Assembly (NCBI GenBank): GCA_051942165.1
Contig: JAVECS010000027.1
Location: 1-38,982, forward strand
Source of the DNA: Circinaria calcarea
Taxonomy: Eukaryota
Length of the DNA stretch: 38,982 nucleotides
Reading direction: 5' to 3'
The stretch's first letter is position 1. Each line of letters opens with the position of its first letter. Under the pieces are notes generated by a model. The model worked only from the letters and a program-made list of their open reading frames with translations, was not told the DNA's origin and did no database searches. Shown here piece after piece: positions 23,271-35,900 of this stretch. The position numbers and the translations under genes are program-made.

Positions 23271-25723
23271 CGTGTTGCTAGCAACGGGCAGACATGAGTT
23301 TTGGTACCTGAGCTTCGATGCCCTGAGCAAAGTTGTTTACGTTTGTGGATTCAGGTATGATCAGGCATCTGCATTGGGGTTCATATCAAGAAGAACGTAG
23401 CAAGGAGAAGTTGCTTCTATCAGTGTGTTAAAGCTGCGTTACTAGACTCTGAAGAAGTACTGGGAACTGGTGAATCTTATATTGAATTAAATCCCGTCTG
23501 AAACGGCTGAGCGGCTCCGGCCCTCGCTTTTTCCTTCTCGGAGTAAATCTTTCGAACGGTAAAAATGACCCCGGCTGTCCAGAAGACGAATTAGGCCCAG
23601 CAGAGTTATCACATGAACCTTGAACACAACCGATTACCAGGATGTACCGCCTATTTTCCCTCTGCTTTGAAGGCTCTACCGTGGACTCCCACGCTGTCCG
23701 TCTTGGGTGGACTTGGGTATTCATCATCAATCAGTAGGCCAGCTGGCCTTTGTCGCTTCAGACAATATTTTGTCATAGTTCCGTACAGGCCTGACCTTTT
23801 AGGAAGCCACTCTAGACACTAACCATGTCAAGCGACTCAGATCGGATCAAACTGCTCCCAGACAGTGCAGGGTCGGACCTTCCGTCGGATATGATGATTT
23901 TTGAAAACCAGACAATCGCTTCCGTCAGTGCACCACCGATTGACCCCCGTGCATGACCGTTATTCGCGTAGATTTCTTTCAAGGGGGAACCAGGCTGAGC
24001 TCGACGATGAAATCCTAGTCTAACCTGATTTAGACACGTAGTGTTTACGCTAATCCCAAGTAGTAGCCTCGGGTCGGGAAGGGGAAAGCAGAAGCGGTCC
24101 CTAAGATCGGTATTGAGATGCCACCGCTAGGAAATCTACTCTCATTCCTATCATCAAAGAGCTACGAAGAGCTGTACGTGTACATGTGAATTTGCCAAGC
24201 GCCTTCATCTGGGGCGATTTTACTGGTACAGATCGGAAGTGACCCACGGACATCGGAGTAGCGTACCCCGCAAGGCGCTAAAGGCGCCATCTCAGGCGTA
24301 CCAAAGAAATCAACAATCTGGAGTAGAACTGCCGATATGATTCAATAAGAGGTTGCTGGCCACCAAACACCATGACTGTGCTGCGTTGGACAACCTAGAA
24401 GTCAATGGCACAAAGCAATTGTTACTGACCATTGTCTGCGACTCAGGGAACTCGGGCTTACCTGATTTCGATCGAGTCCCATCACTCTTTTGACCTTTGA
24501 CCTCCAGAACGCCACATTGTGGATTTCCCCCCCTGAGCCGTGCGGTGCGGAAAGGGCGTTCTACTCTACGTGGGCTGGAAGATTAGCTCAAGTATGTCAT
24601 TGCCATGTACTGTGGTCGCAGGCATAACAGATGTTAGCGCGGGTTTCGACCGACTCCGGTATACTCGGCAAAAGCTCTATAAACTCCTATAAAAAGGGGG
24701 TGTAATATGGAGGGCATCTTCCGGTGTATATTCTATCTTTCTGTGTGAAATCAAACTATCGTCTGGGCCTTCTATGATTATTGCAAGAGGACCACGCTAA
24801 CATCTGTTATGCCTACGACCACAGTAATTAAATACCACTCGCATCTTTCCAACCATCGGCTTGCAATCGATTGGCACTACCATAGTCCACATTGCACAGG
24901 CCTCCACAGCCTTAACTGGTCCATGATTCGGAGATAGAGCGGGAACCGCACTAGGTTCCAACCCGAGTACCACAAGCAGAACGGGAGATCCCAATTTGGG
25001 CCTTTGCAAGGTCCGTGTCATGTGTGATTAGCTCGCTGATTCCTCCGGTATTACGATCGTCGCCCCCTGGCCGAGGACCTTTATGGAACCTAAGGAGGAC
25101 CATTTCCAAAGACCACGGGACTTGAACACTCCCTTCTGCACGGACCTTGCTTGCTACCGTTTCCATGGTAAGGTGGGAATAGCTCGCTTCCGGCCGGTAT
25201 GTCCTCGCCGAAATCAGAGCACACAAGACATCCTCATAACATACATCTTCCATGGTCTGGCGCGTTTTGAACCGTAAGGGTAGGTGGAGAGATACTGGCT
25301 CAATTTCAGCCTCCGCTTGACTGTTTCACGGTTTCCTTTGGTATCATGCCCGGAACCTTGGCATCTAATGTTCATACCCACGCGGTTGGATGATCCTATG
25401 CATTGGCAACCCTTGGTGATTTCGCTTTTCTGACAACTTCCTTGTTAAATTCTCTCGTCGTTTTCTGCTACCGATTGAGGTTGGTTAGCAGTATCCCAGC
25501 GTTACTGTTATAGCAACAATCCTAAGCAACCAGCCCAATCCTGGACTCTGAAACCCAAACTCTGCACTTTCGCCGAACTACAAACCCGCAGTCTATGGAT
25601 TCCACGATCCAAAACCCCTAATTCACGTGATCTAGCCTTAGGGTTTCTCGCCGTGACCCTATGTGCTTGCCCTACCGGCCCTACCAGCCCTACCAGCTAC
25701 AAAATCAAGCGAGTCCAGAATTA

Positions 25724-25938
25724 CTAGTCTGCAGGGGTACTAATTGTTAGCGTGGTTTTCAATCACCCCCGGTATAATCAATATAAATTATATAAATCTC
25801 AGACGAAAAACAGATGCAATGGCAAGCCTGCCGCTTAGAAATTATTCGGATCTTTCTTATGAGTTTAAAGCGTGGTTTAGGCTTACTATAGCTATTGTAT
25901 AAAAAACCACGCTAATGATTAATATGCTTGTAGACCAG
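25724..25938. mobile_element. Decayed MITE-like element (~215 bp) with TA flanks
   Basis: tactagtctgcaggggtactaattgttagcgtggtttt (25722-25759) vs the reverse complement of 25903-25940, tactggtctacaagcatattaatcattagcgtggtttt: 30/38 identical. AT-rich interior; TA at both ends. Confidence 0.7.
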
Positions 25939-26488
25939 TATAGCCGACCTTCATGCCGAAAGTCAACTTAATGAACTTCTACACAAGAACGATGGATTTC
26001 TCTGAATGTCTTGGATCCAGCAAAGTTTGACTTCGATCCAGGAGACCCTGTGTCGACAATAACTAACACCGTTCACTCATTACCACAGATGAAAATCTAC
26101 TCCTGACTGTGAGATCTATCACTTCCTATCGTACACTCCCATCCCGATTGGCACACCTTTGGTCGGAGGGACCTGCCCCCGTCTTCCCGGACCGACTGAC
26201 CTACCCAACTGAAACAGAAACCGAAACCGAGACGGGGATTTTTTCCACACATTGAGAAATAGCGGCCACGCGCGGCTGCTCGGCCAGTACTGTATGGTAG
26301 ATCTCCAAACCGGTGCAGCCCGCAGTCTGAAATCCAGCCCTCCTCTAAAACTGACAAAACTAAAAAACACTGGCTTCGTATGGCTTTGGCTTGGAATAGA
26401 TTCCAAAAGGGGTCCCTGGACTGCCAAGGCTCTGAACTATATGAATAGAATAATAAACTCTTAAACAGCACAAGGATGATTTTTCCGT

Positions 26489-26515
26489 ACTTGAGACTTG
26501 AGACTTGAGACTTGA
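26489..26515. repeat. 7-bp tandem repeat (acttgag) x4
   Basis: acttgagacttgagacttgagacttga. Confidence 0.85.
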
Positions 26516-26790
26516 AGAGAATTCGGGGGATGATTTTACAGCGTTTTGATTAAATTCAAAATTGCATGGGAAAAATCAAAATCCCCATTACTTTTCCTTT
26601 CTCTATGCCTAATTTCTATCAAATTGAACGCCTGGACTGTCAGTCTAGTCCAATAGTTTACTACCTCTAGATTAGACCATCAGTCCAGTCCAGCTGCCCT
26701 GGACTAATTGGAGTTTGCAGGAAGCTGTTCGCCAGGCCATTGGGGGGGGGGAGTTGTGATAAACAGCCACCGCCAACATTTCTCGGTCCC

Positions 26791-29700
26791 TCACCCAAAA
26801 TACCCAGGCACATCACGCTCAATCTCTCGATCCGTCAGTCCGAACCGCCGATACATACCCACACCCCAGTCCAAAGTCTCGTAGTCTGCCCTCGGTCCAT
26901 ACCTTCCCAGACGGCCTTCTGGGACCGACGGCTCCTCGTCTTCGGGCCTACCTTTTGCTGGCTCTTTCTCTCTCCTGCTCACAATGGGTTCGAGAATGAT
27001 CCGGACAGTCTGCAATGACGGAGATACCACCTTTTCTTGTCCGATTGGAGCAATCTGAACCTCAGTACTGGCGGGTACATCTTCTGAAATCTCTTCTTGC
27101 GGGACTGAAAGATCCGGACTTGGGGACTGACACCATATATCCCAAAGTTCTTTCCCGGCTCGTGCTCCGTAGCTATCCACGACACCTTCGAGGAAAACAT
27201 TAAATGCGTCAACAGGGATATTTGTCGTTGCATGAGCTTGTCCTTCTGGGTGCACAAATGGTGCACCAACTGTAGCTATGCCTCCTGGGGCACTGGCCAG
27301 AATTCTACTGATCTGGTTCAGTAAACGAGTCTGCCAGTAATTTGGTGGCCGCGATGGATCAGGACGTTTGTTGTAAGCACCGCTGAGCATGTTGTGTAAA
27401 ATATTTCGTGCTCTGATGGTAGACTCTTCAACGGAGTCAGATTTACCTTGCGAGCCTTCGGTTCTGAGAAAGGTTTGCGCAACCGTCATGACATCTAATG
27501 CAGATAGAGCCATTGCTCTCTCCGTCTTGATGTATTCAAGAAGATCTTCGGCTGCGTCCCATTTCCCCAGGACCATCTGGCAGTGAAGCAGTGCACGCAC
27601 GGTCCCTTTTGGTAGTGACGTCCTTAGCTGTTTAGTGACTTCATAAAGTAATTTACTGTCTGCTGTTGCTGTAGCAAACCGAAGAAGCGCTGGCTGCAGA
27701 TGTGAAGAGGCATAGAGGTATGGTTGAATCACAGGATCAATGTTTTCCTCCGCGAAGAGGAGCCATCGGCCTATATGAAATAGCTTTGTACGCCTGGTTA
27801 GATCTAAGAATTCTGCGAGGGTCGGTATTGGAATAGGGGGATATATTCTAGTCGCCTCGTCTATCTGTTGGTCAAGTTTGTCAAGTTTCATGGAATCAGA
27901 CTGTAGATCTTGTGGAGGAGGAGCTTTGGTTGTAAGTTCTGGCACTGACTGTGTGCGATCGGGCATCGTCTTGGCACGAACGGGATTAATGAGGTTCTGC
28001 AGTTTTTTAAAGGTTCGTAGAGCAGAATTAATATTGTCGAGACGAATGTACGCCCGGAGTGTTTGATGTAACATGCCAACACTCGCGGCAGATTCGAGCA
28101 TAACTGCCTTGGGTTCGGCGGTACCCAAGTCTTCAAAATCATCGGAAGATGCACTTCCTTTCCGGTACAGAGGTGCGAGATCAAGGATGGTGTCGAGGAT
28201 TCGAGGGGTGATATCTGGATTGAAATCCGCAGACTCGACTACACGCAGCATAATGGAATTCCATGATGTTGATTCTAGGTCAGAACTGCCACGTCGTAAT
28301 AGCTTCTTACAGCTGTTCAGAGACCGAAGTAGTACACTGACTGGAACGCTTGCTCGAGCCTCGACGGAATTACTCGTTGTATTGATGAGACCATCAATCA
28401 CTGCCTCGATAACTTCTGAGCTGGCTGTACGAGAGGCCATATCTACAAATGGAGGTTCTAATCCTGTTTAGCTTTGAAACCTTTAGACGCAACATGCCTA
28501 GACTAACCTTCACTATACCCTTCGCATGCGCCAGCCACTCCGACATATCGAGTTTTCGCCCTATCCCAATCTACTGTAGCGTCTTCAGATTCTCCATATC
28601 CACTTACCTTTTGTACAGCACGCCAGCCGATTACAGACCAGCTGGCTTCCCCTTTCCGTTGTGCCATTTGATGAATGATCCTGGCAGCTTCGTTGATGTG
28701 TCCCCCTTCTACGCAAGCCCACAAGACAAGGTCGAGCCATACCTCAGGTCTCAACGGACGTAACCGGGGCGTAAACTCAGCGCCTGGTAGTTCGTGGCCC
28801 TTGTAGACGTACTTTTCGCCTACCAGTGCAGCTTCCGCTATGATCTCCTTCTCATGGGCCCTCCACACCGAGTCGGAGAGCAGCGTCAGAATACGCGAAC
28901 TCAGTAGATGCAATGTTGGCGGCCTTCTTAATGCCGATCGATCTTTGGCAGGTTTGTAGTTGTACAAAGAGTTGGGGACAGCGCCATGGTGGTGCATGTA
29001 AGCGATGATTTGGAGTACGTGAGACATGATGTCTACGGACTGTTCAGGGCCTCTGTCTACTGCTTCGAGTATCAGATGTCCTGTACACTCCCAGATTTGT
29101 CCGACGAGATCTGGATGTGCGCTGACAGGCTTCCCTTGCCACCACTTCGTATGTGAATCTGTGATCTGGTCAAGAGTAAGAGACAAGGGGCCGCATGGCT
29201 CATGCACCCTGGCTTGGCCCGACCGTGATGAGTATCGAGTGAAGTCATCCAGTGGCATTGGTGGCACGTATGTCGGCTGATGAAGCGAGGGATTGCCAAG
29301 TATGGCAAGTCCAGGGCGTCTGGAAGCCAGCATAGCTTTGATCAGCCACAGTAGGGCCGGCCAGCGACCTTGAGATAATCCAATATAACTCAGTAGGTCC
29401 TGCTTCAGCGATTGGGCTCTCTGTGCTTCGGCGAGTAATGCTGGAAGAGTCTCTACCGATCGAACACCCTCAAACTGGGCCAGGTTCTCCAGCCAGCTTT
29501 TGGACCGTAGCTCCAGCGGTAAATAAGGATCCAGTAAAGCTGCCCAGGCGTTGCCATCGCGATCTTTCGGCGACTCAGTGACGCGTGATGCGCCCACACG
29601 TCGGTCTCCTTGGAGAGATTCCAGTGGAGAGACTGCTGATCGAGTGCCATAAACACTCGTAGTGCTGGCGCATCGTCGCGCTCGGTGGCACCTCAAACCT

Positions 29701-29846
29701 GTTGATGTAGACCCAGGCCGGGGCGAGAGTCTGCCTGCTGCTGGTGCTAGGCAGTGGAGGATCGAAACTGGACGCGAAGTGCCTACGAAGCCTTTGGTGA
29801 ATGCAAGTAGAGCCGATGAGGTGGAATCAAATCTCCTGTGCATCAT
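26791..29846 (-). CDS. Hypothetical ~1003-aa protein, probably mitochondrial, helical-repeat (degenerate PPR-like)
   Basis: Exons 29846-28508 and 28463-26791 joined by a 44-nt intron (gttagt..ctaaa..cag) in phase. Arg/Ser-rich, acid-poor N-terminus like a presequence. PPR-like segments VWLDLVLWACVEGGHINEAARIIHQM, TVRALLHCQMVLGKWDAAEDLLEYI and AFNVFLEGVVDSYGARAGKELW. Function is inferred. Confidence 0.8.
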
Positions 29847-30291
29847 TGTTCGAATGTGGTGTTTGTCCCCGGAATATCATCAATATCCCTCCGAGGCCCT
29901 TGTCGTTAACTCCGAGTTAGTGACGCTAAACGTCTCTTGTCGCATGCGAAACGTCATTCCTGGTGTTTTCCGCCCGGAGAGAACGTTTAGCCGAAAGGAC
30001 TTCGCGCTAGTAGACATGGGCAGTGAGTGTTACCTCAGTCAATAACATAGCGCGGCCGACAAGCAGAAAAAGCCATCATCCTTCGTTCTTCTGCGTTCTC
30101 TCTAAGACGATTCGATCGATTTGTGACTATGGTCTAGGAGATTCCTCTAGAGCCATAAGAGAACTTGTACAATACAGTCGGGATTTCCTCAAACTTCTGC
30201 CCATCTCACATCATATTGCAACGCGTTAGAAGCTCTCCTGGCTGACCTGGAGTACACTGTCTGATACACGGAATTGACCGCGGATATCAGA

Positions 30292-31817
30292 ATGGTATAT
30301 CGCATAGGTAAGAATTCTGTACTTCCATAAAGTATTGCATCTGGAGTGTCCCTGCTGTTGGTATTTGGTAGCCTCCAGCTATGTGTCAATCTTATATCTT
30401 CCTTTTCCGTGTCATGATTCCCTTTGAGTTGTTGATCGACCGATTGACGCCCTTTTATCTCCTTAGAAATAGCCAAAACTGGTCGAGCCGGTTGCGGCAG
30501 CAAGGAGTGCAAGGATGCCAAAGTTAAGATCGCAAAGAATGAACTACGCTTCGGTTCCCAAGGTGAGATCAACGAGCACGTAGCCTGGTTCTGGCGGCAT
30601 TGGTACGTCTCCCTCGTCTTTGTAGGCGGTTTACATAGTAACGGTTTCCAGGGGGTGCGTAACGCCTCACCAAATCACCGCTCTCAAGAAATCCATTGAG
30701 GATGACGTTGAGCTTCTCGACGGATATGAAGACATGGACGAGGACATGCAAGCCAAAATTAGGCAAGCTCTAGTTGACGGACACGTTGCTGATGAGGACT
30801 GGAAGGGGGTATGTTCAAGCCTTTGTGCTTTGTGTTTGCGCTTACTGAATTATTATAGGACGTAGAGAGGAACCGTCCTGGCAAGCGAGGCTTTCGTTCA
30901 CCTGCCAAGGTGAAAGCAGCTATGGCAGTATGTTTCCTGCCTTGCTTTTGACGGCCCGTCAACCTTCCCACCAACTGACCCTGGCCGTTATGCTTAAACA
31001 TGCTCTGAATCAAGTCCTGACTTTGTCCAGGAGGAGAATCAAGATGGAAGCCAGAGTCCCAGTCAGCCAGCTCCTAAGAAGCGTGCCCGTGCCAAGAAGG
31101 ATAATGGTGATGGTGATGATGAGAATGAAGGCCCAGCTCCAAAGAAGCCCAAGGCTGCTACGAAGAAAGGTACGAAGAAGAAAGTAGAGGACGAGGATGA
31201 AGATTCTGGAGTTGCTGCACCACCACCGAAGAAGACTAAAGGACGCAAGAAGGCCGCTTCCACGGCCGAACAAGAAGATGAAGAATGCGAAGCTGCTACT
31301 CCACCACTGAAAAAGACCAAGGGACGTAAGAAAACCGCTGTCAAGGCGGACACTCAAGTAGACAATATTAAAGACGAGGATAGTGAGAATCAGGTGGATC
31401 TTGAGTCAATCCAGAGAAGAGCTACAGCTCCACGAAAGGCTACTCAGGGGAAGAAGATCAAAGACGAGACTAGCGAATCCCAAGGTGGAGATGAAGCCTT
31501 CGAGCCTGTAGAAGCACCTCCAAAGTCTAGGGGCGGTCGCAAGAAAACAACGGCGAATGATACGGCCAACGGTACAAGTCAAGCTTCTAAGTCCAAGGCG
31601 ACCATGAAGGCGGCAACTACTACTGAGGTATGCTTACAGGCACCTTTAGTGCAATGTGCATCTACTGATTGTTATTCTCTTTAGGAGGTGAATGCAGAGG
31701 AAATTGTAGGGTAGGTATCTACTTAATCTCAATAAGCAGTCACCCATACTGAATATTAGTAGGGCGAAGCGCAGGAAGGGTCGGGCGACTCGTCCAAAGT
31801 CGGACGATTTGCCATGA
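30292..31817 (+). CDS. PARP-type zinc-finger protein with long Lys/Glu-rich tail (Hpz1-like), 7 exons
   Basis: Exons 30292-30307, 30467-30602, 30652-30808, 30859-30927, 31031-31627, 31685-31710 and ~31760-31817. N-terminus MVYRIEIAKTGRAGCGSKECKDAKVKIAKNELRFG...WFWRHWGC...LLDGYEDM fits zf-PARP (C..C...H..C). Tail has repeated PPKKTKGRKK motifs. Confidence 0.85.
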
Positions 31818-32907
31818 AGCATGCTGAGCGGTAAACCTGTCTGCTAGATAGACGTCGACGTTCTAAAACTAGAAGGGGCGTATTGACGGTCACAAAAGGA
31901 TGGTACCTACCTTTACTCTCCTAGAATTTGCAACACCTGCTCCTGGCATATCATTGCAGGCTTTTCCTTGGTTGCTTGCCTTATTCCTTACTCGGATACC
32001 CCTTTAGCTTAGTACCGTCCTGTCTGCAGGGCCTCAAAATGGTTCACGTTGTTATGCTACGTAGCAAAATGATGTGGCTAAGTTACCTCTTTCGACCCAA
32101 CAAGTTGTTACCCAGGCATGACACTTTGCTAAATGCAACATCATCTTTTCTGGTATTCCTGTTGGCTTAAGTCTCGAGGGTGGTATCCTCGAGACTGCCT
32201 TCTAGTCTTCAGCCTACGAACCTTATATACTAACAACCTATGTCACTATATAGCCTTAACACGGCAGGTACTAAAATGATAAGTTCTGATCCGTCGTCCT
32301 TGCAGCCAGAAGCCGCGGCCAGCGGCTGGACACAGCGACAGTAAGCTCGAACTACTTTCATAGCTCATTGTAGACAAGTTGTCTTCGGTATTTTCTCCCT
32401 CTTTCATATAATTCCTCCGTATCGACAGCAAGTCATCACCCATATTACCGTCATTCCAAGTATATCAAATGACGCTGCTATTACATTCCCCACATCAACT
32501 AAGGGCAGTGGCCCCGTGCAGGTACTTCTAGCATTAATTGACGCCGTCGGTTTCTTTTGCCCGATGTCCCATCTCAAAAGTGAAGTCCACTGACCGGTAG
32601 TCACTCTGAGGTCATCAAGTATTAACGCGTTCCTATTCACGTGGAGCTCGGATAGGGCTAGCAGGTACGCTAAGTCGGTATGCGAGATCAAATAACCAAC
32701 CTCCTCGTTTTTTCCGTCAATAGCAAACCACCAACCAACTGACAGCCAGATCTTGCAGATACAACCACCAATCCCTTCGGAGCCATTTCTGAGACTCCCA
32801 ACCACCGTGTGGCCTACTGGATTTAGGTGGTGGCTATCTGCCTTCAACTGTCTTGTGTCATCCAGTATCGGGCACCGTTGGAACTGGTCTGCCAGTAAAG
32901 ACTAAGA

Positions 32908-35900
32908 ATGATGGCGATCAAAGCACGAAGTCTCGGACCGCCAGCGCTGGAAAGCAAGCCTTTGTCTTCTGTATGCGATGCCTTTGTTGATGGATACTGC
33001 CCAGATCCTGAATGCCCATCGAGCCACGAGGTATGTTTTGTCGGCGATGGCTTCTCCGCGACTGTGCCTGTTGTTCGTGGGAGCCTTACAAACTACTTGT
33101 CTCTTGCCCCTCGAGTAAGAGCGTGTGGTGAGCCTGTTTTCGACGACGATGGACCTGGCACCTTCTCCCTACTGGGACCTCGACATGACAACGATCATGT
33201 GGAAGTGCAGCACATCCAAATCCTACCGACAACAGATGAGGTAAGTCGCCCGGTCGCGCTTCATCCAAGACATGCTTACTAAGAAAACGCCTAGATAATA
33301 TGCCTGCGGCGTCCCTTCATGCCGTCCAAAGATATGGACAGCCCGCAGTTTCTTCCACCCGGAACAATTCGTTTGATCGATAGATGTTTCCGACAATTAC
33401 GATACGATAATGTCAACAGCGTCATAGATGCCTGCTATCATGCCATGCAGCAACTGGTAGAACAGCAAGAGACTGAGGCATACCGCGACTATCAATACGG
33501 ACTTGAAACGCCATCTGGTTTTCGGTATTCTCTATTCCGAAAGGTAGCTTTCGAGGAATTACTCTTTCATGACGGAAAGGGCGTTGTGCTGAGAGTCAGC
33601 TACGATTGCCCGCGTTCCTTGCAAGGTAGACGAATGCATAGCTCTGGCTTACTGGAAGAGGGGATGCTCGTGGCATTAGTGGGATTGGACAAAAACGCCA
33701 GAGAAGTGGATACAATCTTCTTTGAAGTCCACCTTCGCGAAAGTACCGAAGGAATGCGAACCCAGACAGGCACACATGCGCGTGGTAGGTTCCAATCTCA
33801 ACTTAACAAGTAACTTCCACTGACCACTAGTAGCAACCGTACAGCTCTCCTTCGCAGACAAAGAAGATGTAGACGCCGTGAGAAAGGTTGCTTATTATAT
33901 GCACGGTCTGCTGGCAGCCTCCTTTGCACTAGTAGAGTTACCTGGACTTCTCCTGCCAGGATTCGGGCTACATCTTGAGAAGCTGCAAAAGCTAGCAGAA
34001 TGGCCTGTCATTGCATTCGACTCGCAAATTGCGCCGGCTGCGGCAACCCCTGAGCACGTCCTTTCGCCACCATCATATGCCGCCGGTAACGAGTTCGAAT
34101 ACAATCTCAATGACATTCGCGCTAATATCTCAACTTCCAACAACAGTAACTTAACCTTACGTCCAATGCCTCATAGCGGGCACAGCCCCCAAATAGGCAG
34201 CGTCCTACAGAATCTGAAAAACCAGACAACTCTGGATGATGGGCAAGCTATTGCACTTTACGAAAGTTTAAGTCGCGGTCTGGCATTCACTCAAGGACCG
34301 CCTGGTACTGGAAAGACGTTTCTGGGTGTATCGTTGGCACAAGTGATCCTGGCATCACAAGACAAAAGCGACCCTAAGCCGATTCTAGCTGTCTGCATGA
34401 CGAATCATGCATTAGACTCTTTTCTCGGAGACCTACTGAAGAAGGGAATCACCAAAATAGCTCGGCTCGGATCGGCAAGCAAAGAGGAATGGACAAAGCA
34501 GTACCGTCTACGGGAACTCAACTCGAAGATGAAACTGACCCGTATTGAGCGATATAGGCTCAAGCAGGCTCGGCAACAAGTAGAGCGTTTGGCAAGAGAC
34601 GGGGCCGGCTGGACCGAATCACTAAGCACTGAGACTTTGGGTTGGTGCGCCTTGCAAGACCACCTTAGGACGTCACATAAAGCCATCTACGACCAATTCG
34701 TAGCTCTTGAGAGGCTCGATAATGACATTACCGATTTGCGTCGGGCCAAGAGATATGCTGGATTCGGATACGAGTTTTGGTTCCACGGCGGCGATATCAG
34801 AAACCTGGAAGGCCTTCTCGAGGTAGTCAATACACTTCTAGGAGACTGCGAGTTGCCAAACGATTCCGCTACCGCCAGAGCTGCAGATGATTTCAAAGAA
34901 AGATTACTTCAAGGGGTAAAGCGAAACGCTACTAGCTCAGAAGTGACGGAGGATATGATCTGGGCACTCTCCGCCTCTGAGAGACACGCACTTGTCAGCC
35001 AATGGATTGCGGAACTGAGCCCTTGGAGGGTGTGCGATGCCTTGGCTGAAATCCACCGGCGACACCAAGCTGCAATGAGACGGAAGCGGGTCGCAACTGA
35101 AGCCGTAGATGCGAGGTGCCTTGCACAACAGCAGGTTATCGGACTCACGACCTCTGGCCTTGCACGTTTCTGGAATCTGCTTAATCAGCTTAAGCTGCGT
35201 GTCACGATTGTGGAAGAAGCAGGCGAAGTGTTGGAAGCCCATACTCTGGTCACACTAGGACTGCCCTCGACATCTCATTTCGTTTCAATTGGTGATCCGC
35301 AGCAACTAAGACCTCAGGTCAACGAGATGGCGTTATCCATGGAGCATGACGCCGGTCGCAAATATAGCCTCGATGAGAGTTTGTTTGAACGGCTGATGTT
35401 TCCCTCCTCTGATGGCGCATCGCCCATACCTACGTCTCGGCTCAATATTCAACGACGAATGCATCCAGATATTGCCGACATATCTAGGGCTATTCTGTAT
35501 CCTTACTTGGTAGACCATCAGTCGACGAAGCTGCACCCACCCGTGGCTGGTATGGTCGACCGAATGTATTGGCTTAATCATCGTCAACTTGAAGATCGGC
35601 CAGATCCCAGAAGTCCTATGTCCAAGTCCTACTCCAATCGCTACGAAGTTGAGATGGTAGCTGGGCTTGTCAAGTATCTGATAGAGATTGGTGGTTATAG
35701 CTTGGGTCAAATCGCCGTCTTGACGCCATACAATGGACAGCTGGCTGCAATTGCTGGACGTTTAAGGACTACGTGTTCCATCTGGCTAAGCGAAGTCGAC
35801 CGTGAGGCATTGATTGAGCGAGATCTTCTGCCTCCAGATATGTTTTGGACTGCCGGGAAAACCAAATTAGAACTTGGTAGCATGTTGCGAGTGGCGACTG

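Noticed and set aside
23400..25400. Short ORFs upstream of NOS as possible partner or cluster genes
   Set aside because: No recognisable enzyme motifs or coherent exon chain found.
25669..25698. 9-bp unit ccctacc(g/a)g x3 and nearby ttaggg/cccta motifs
   Set aside because: Too short to be an interstitial telomere or a telomerase-RNA template; treated as simple repeat.
26628..26710. cagtccagtccag / ctggact short direct and inverted repeats
   Set aside because: Might be a transposon end remnant, but no partner TIR or TSD was found in the window.
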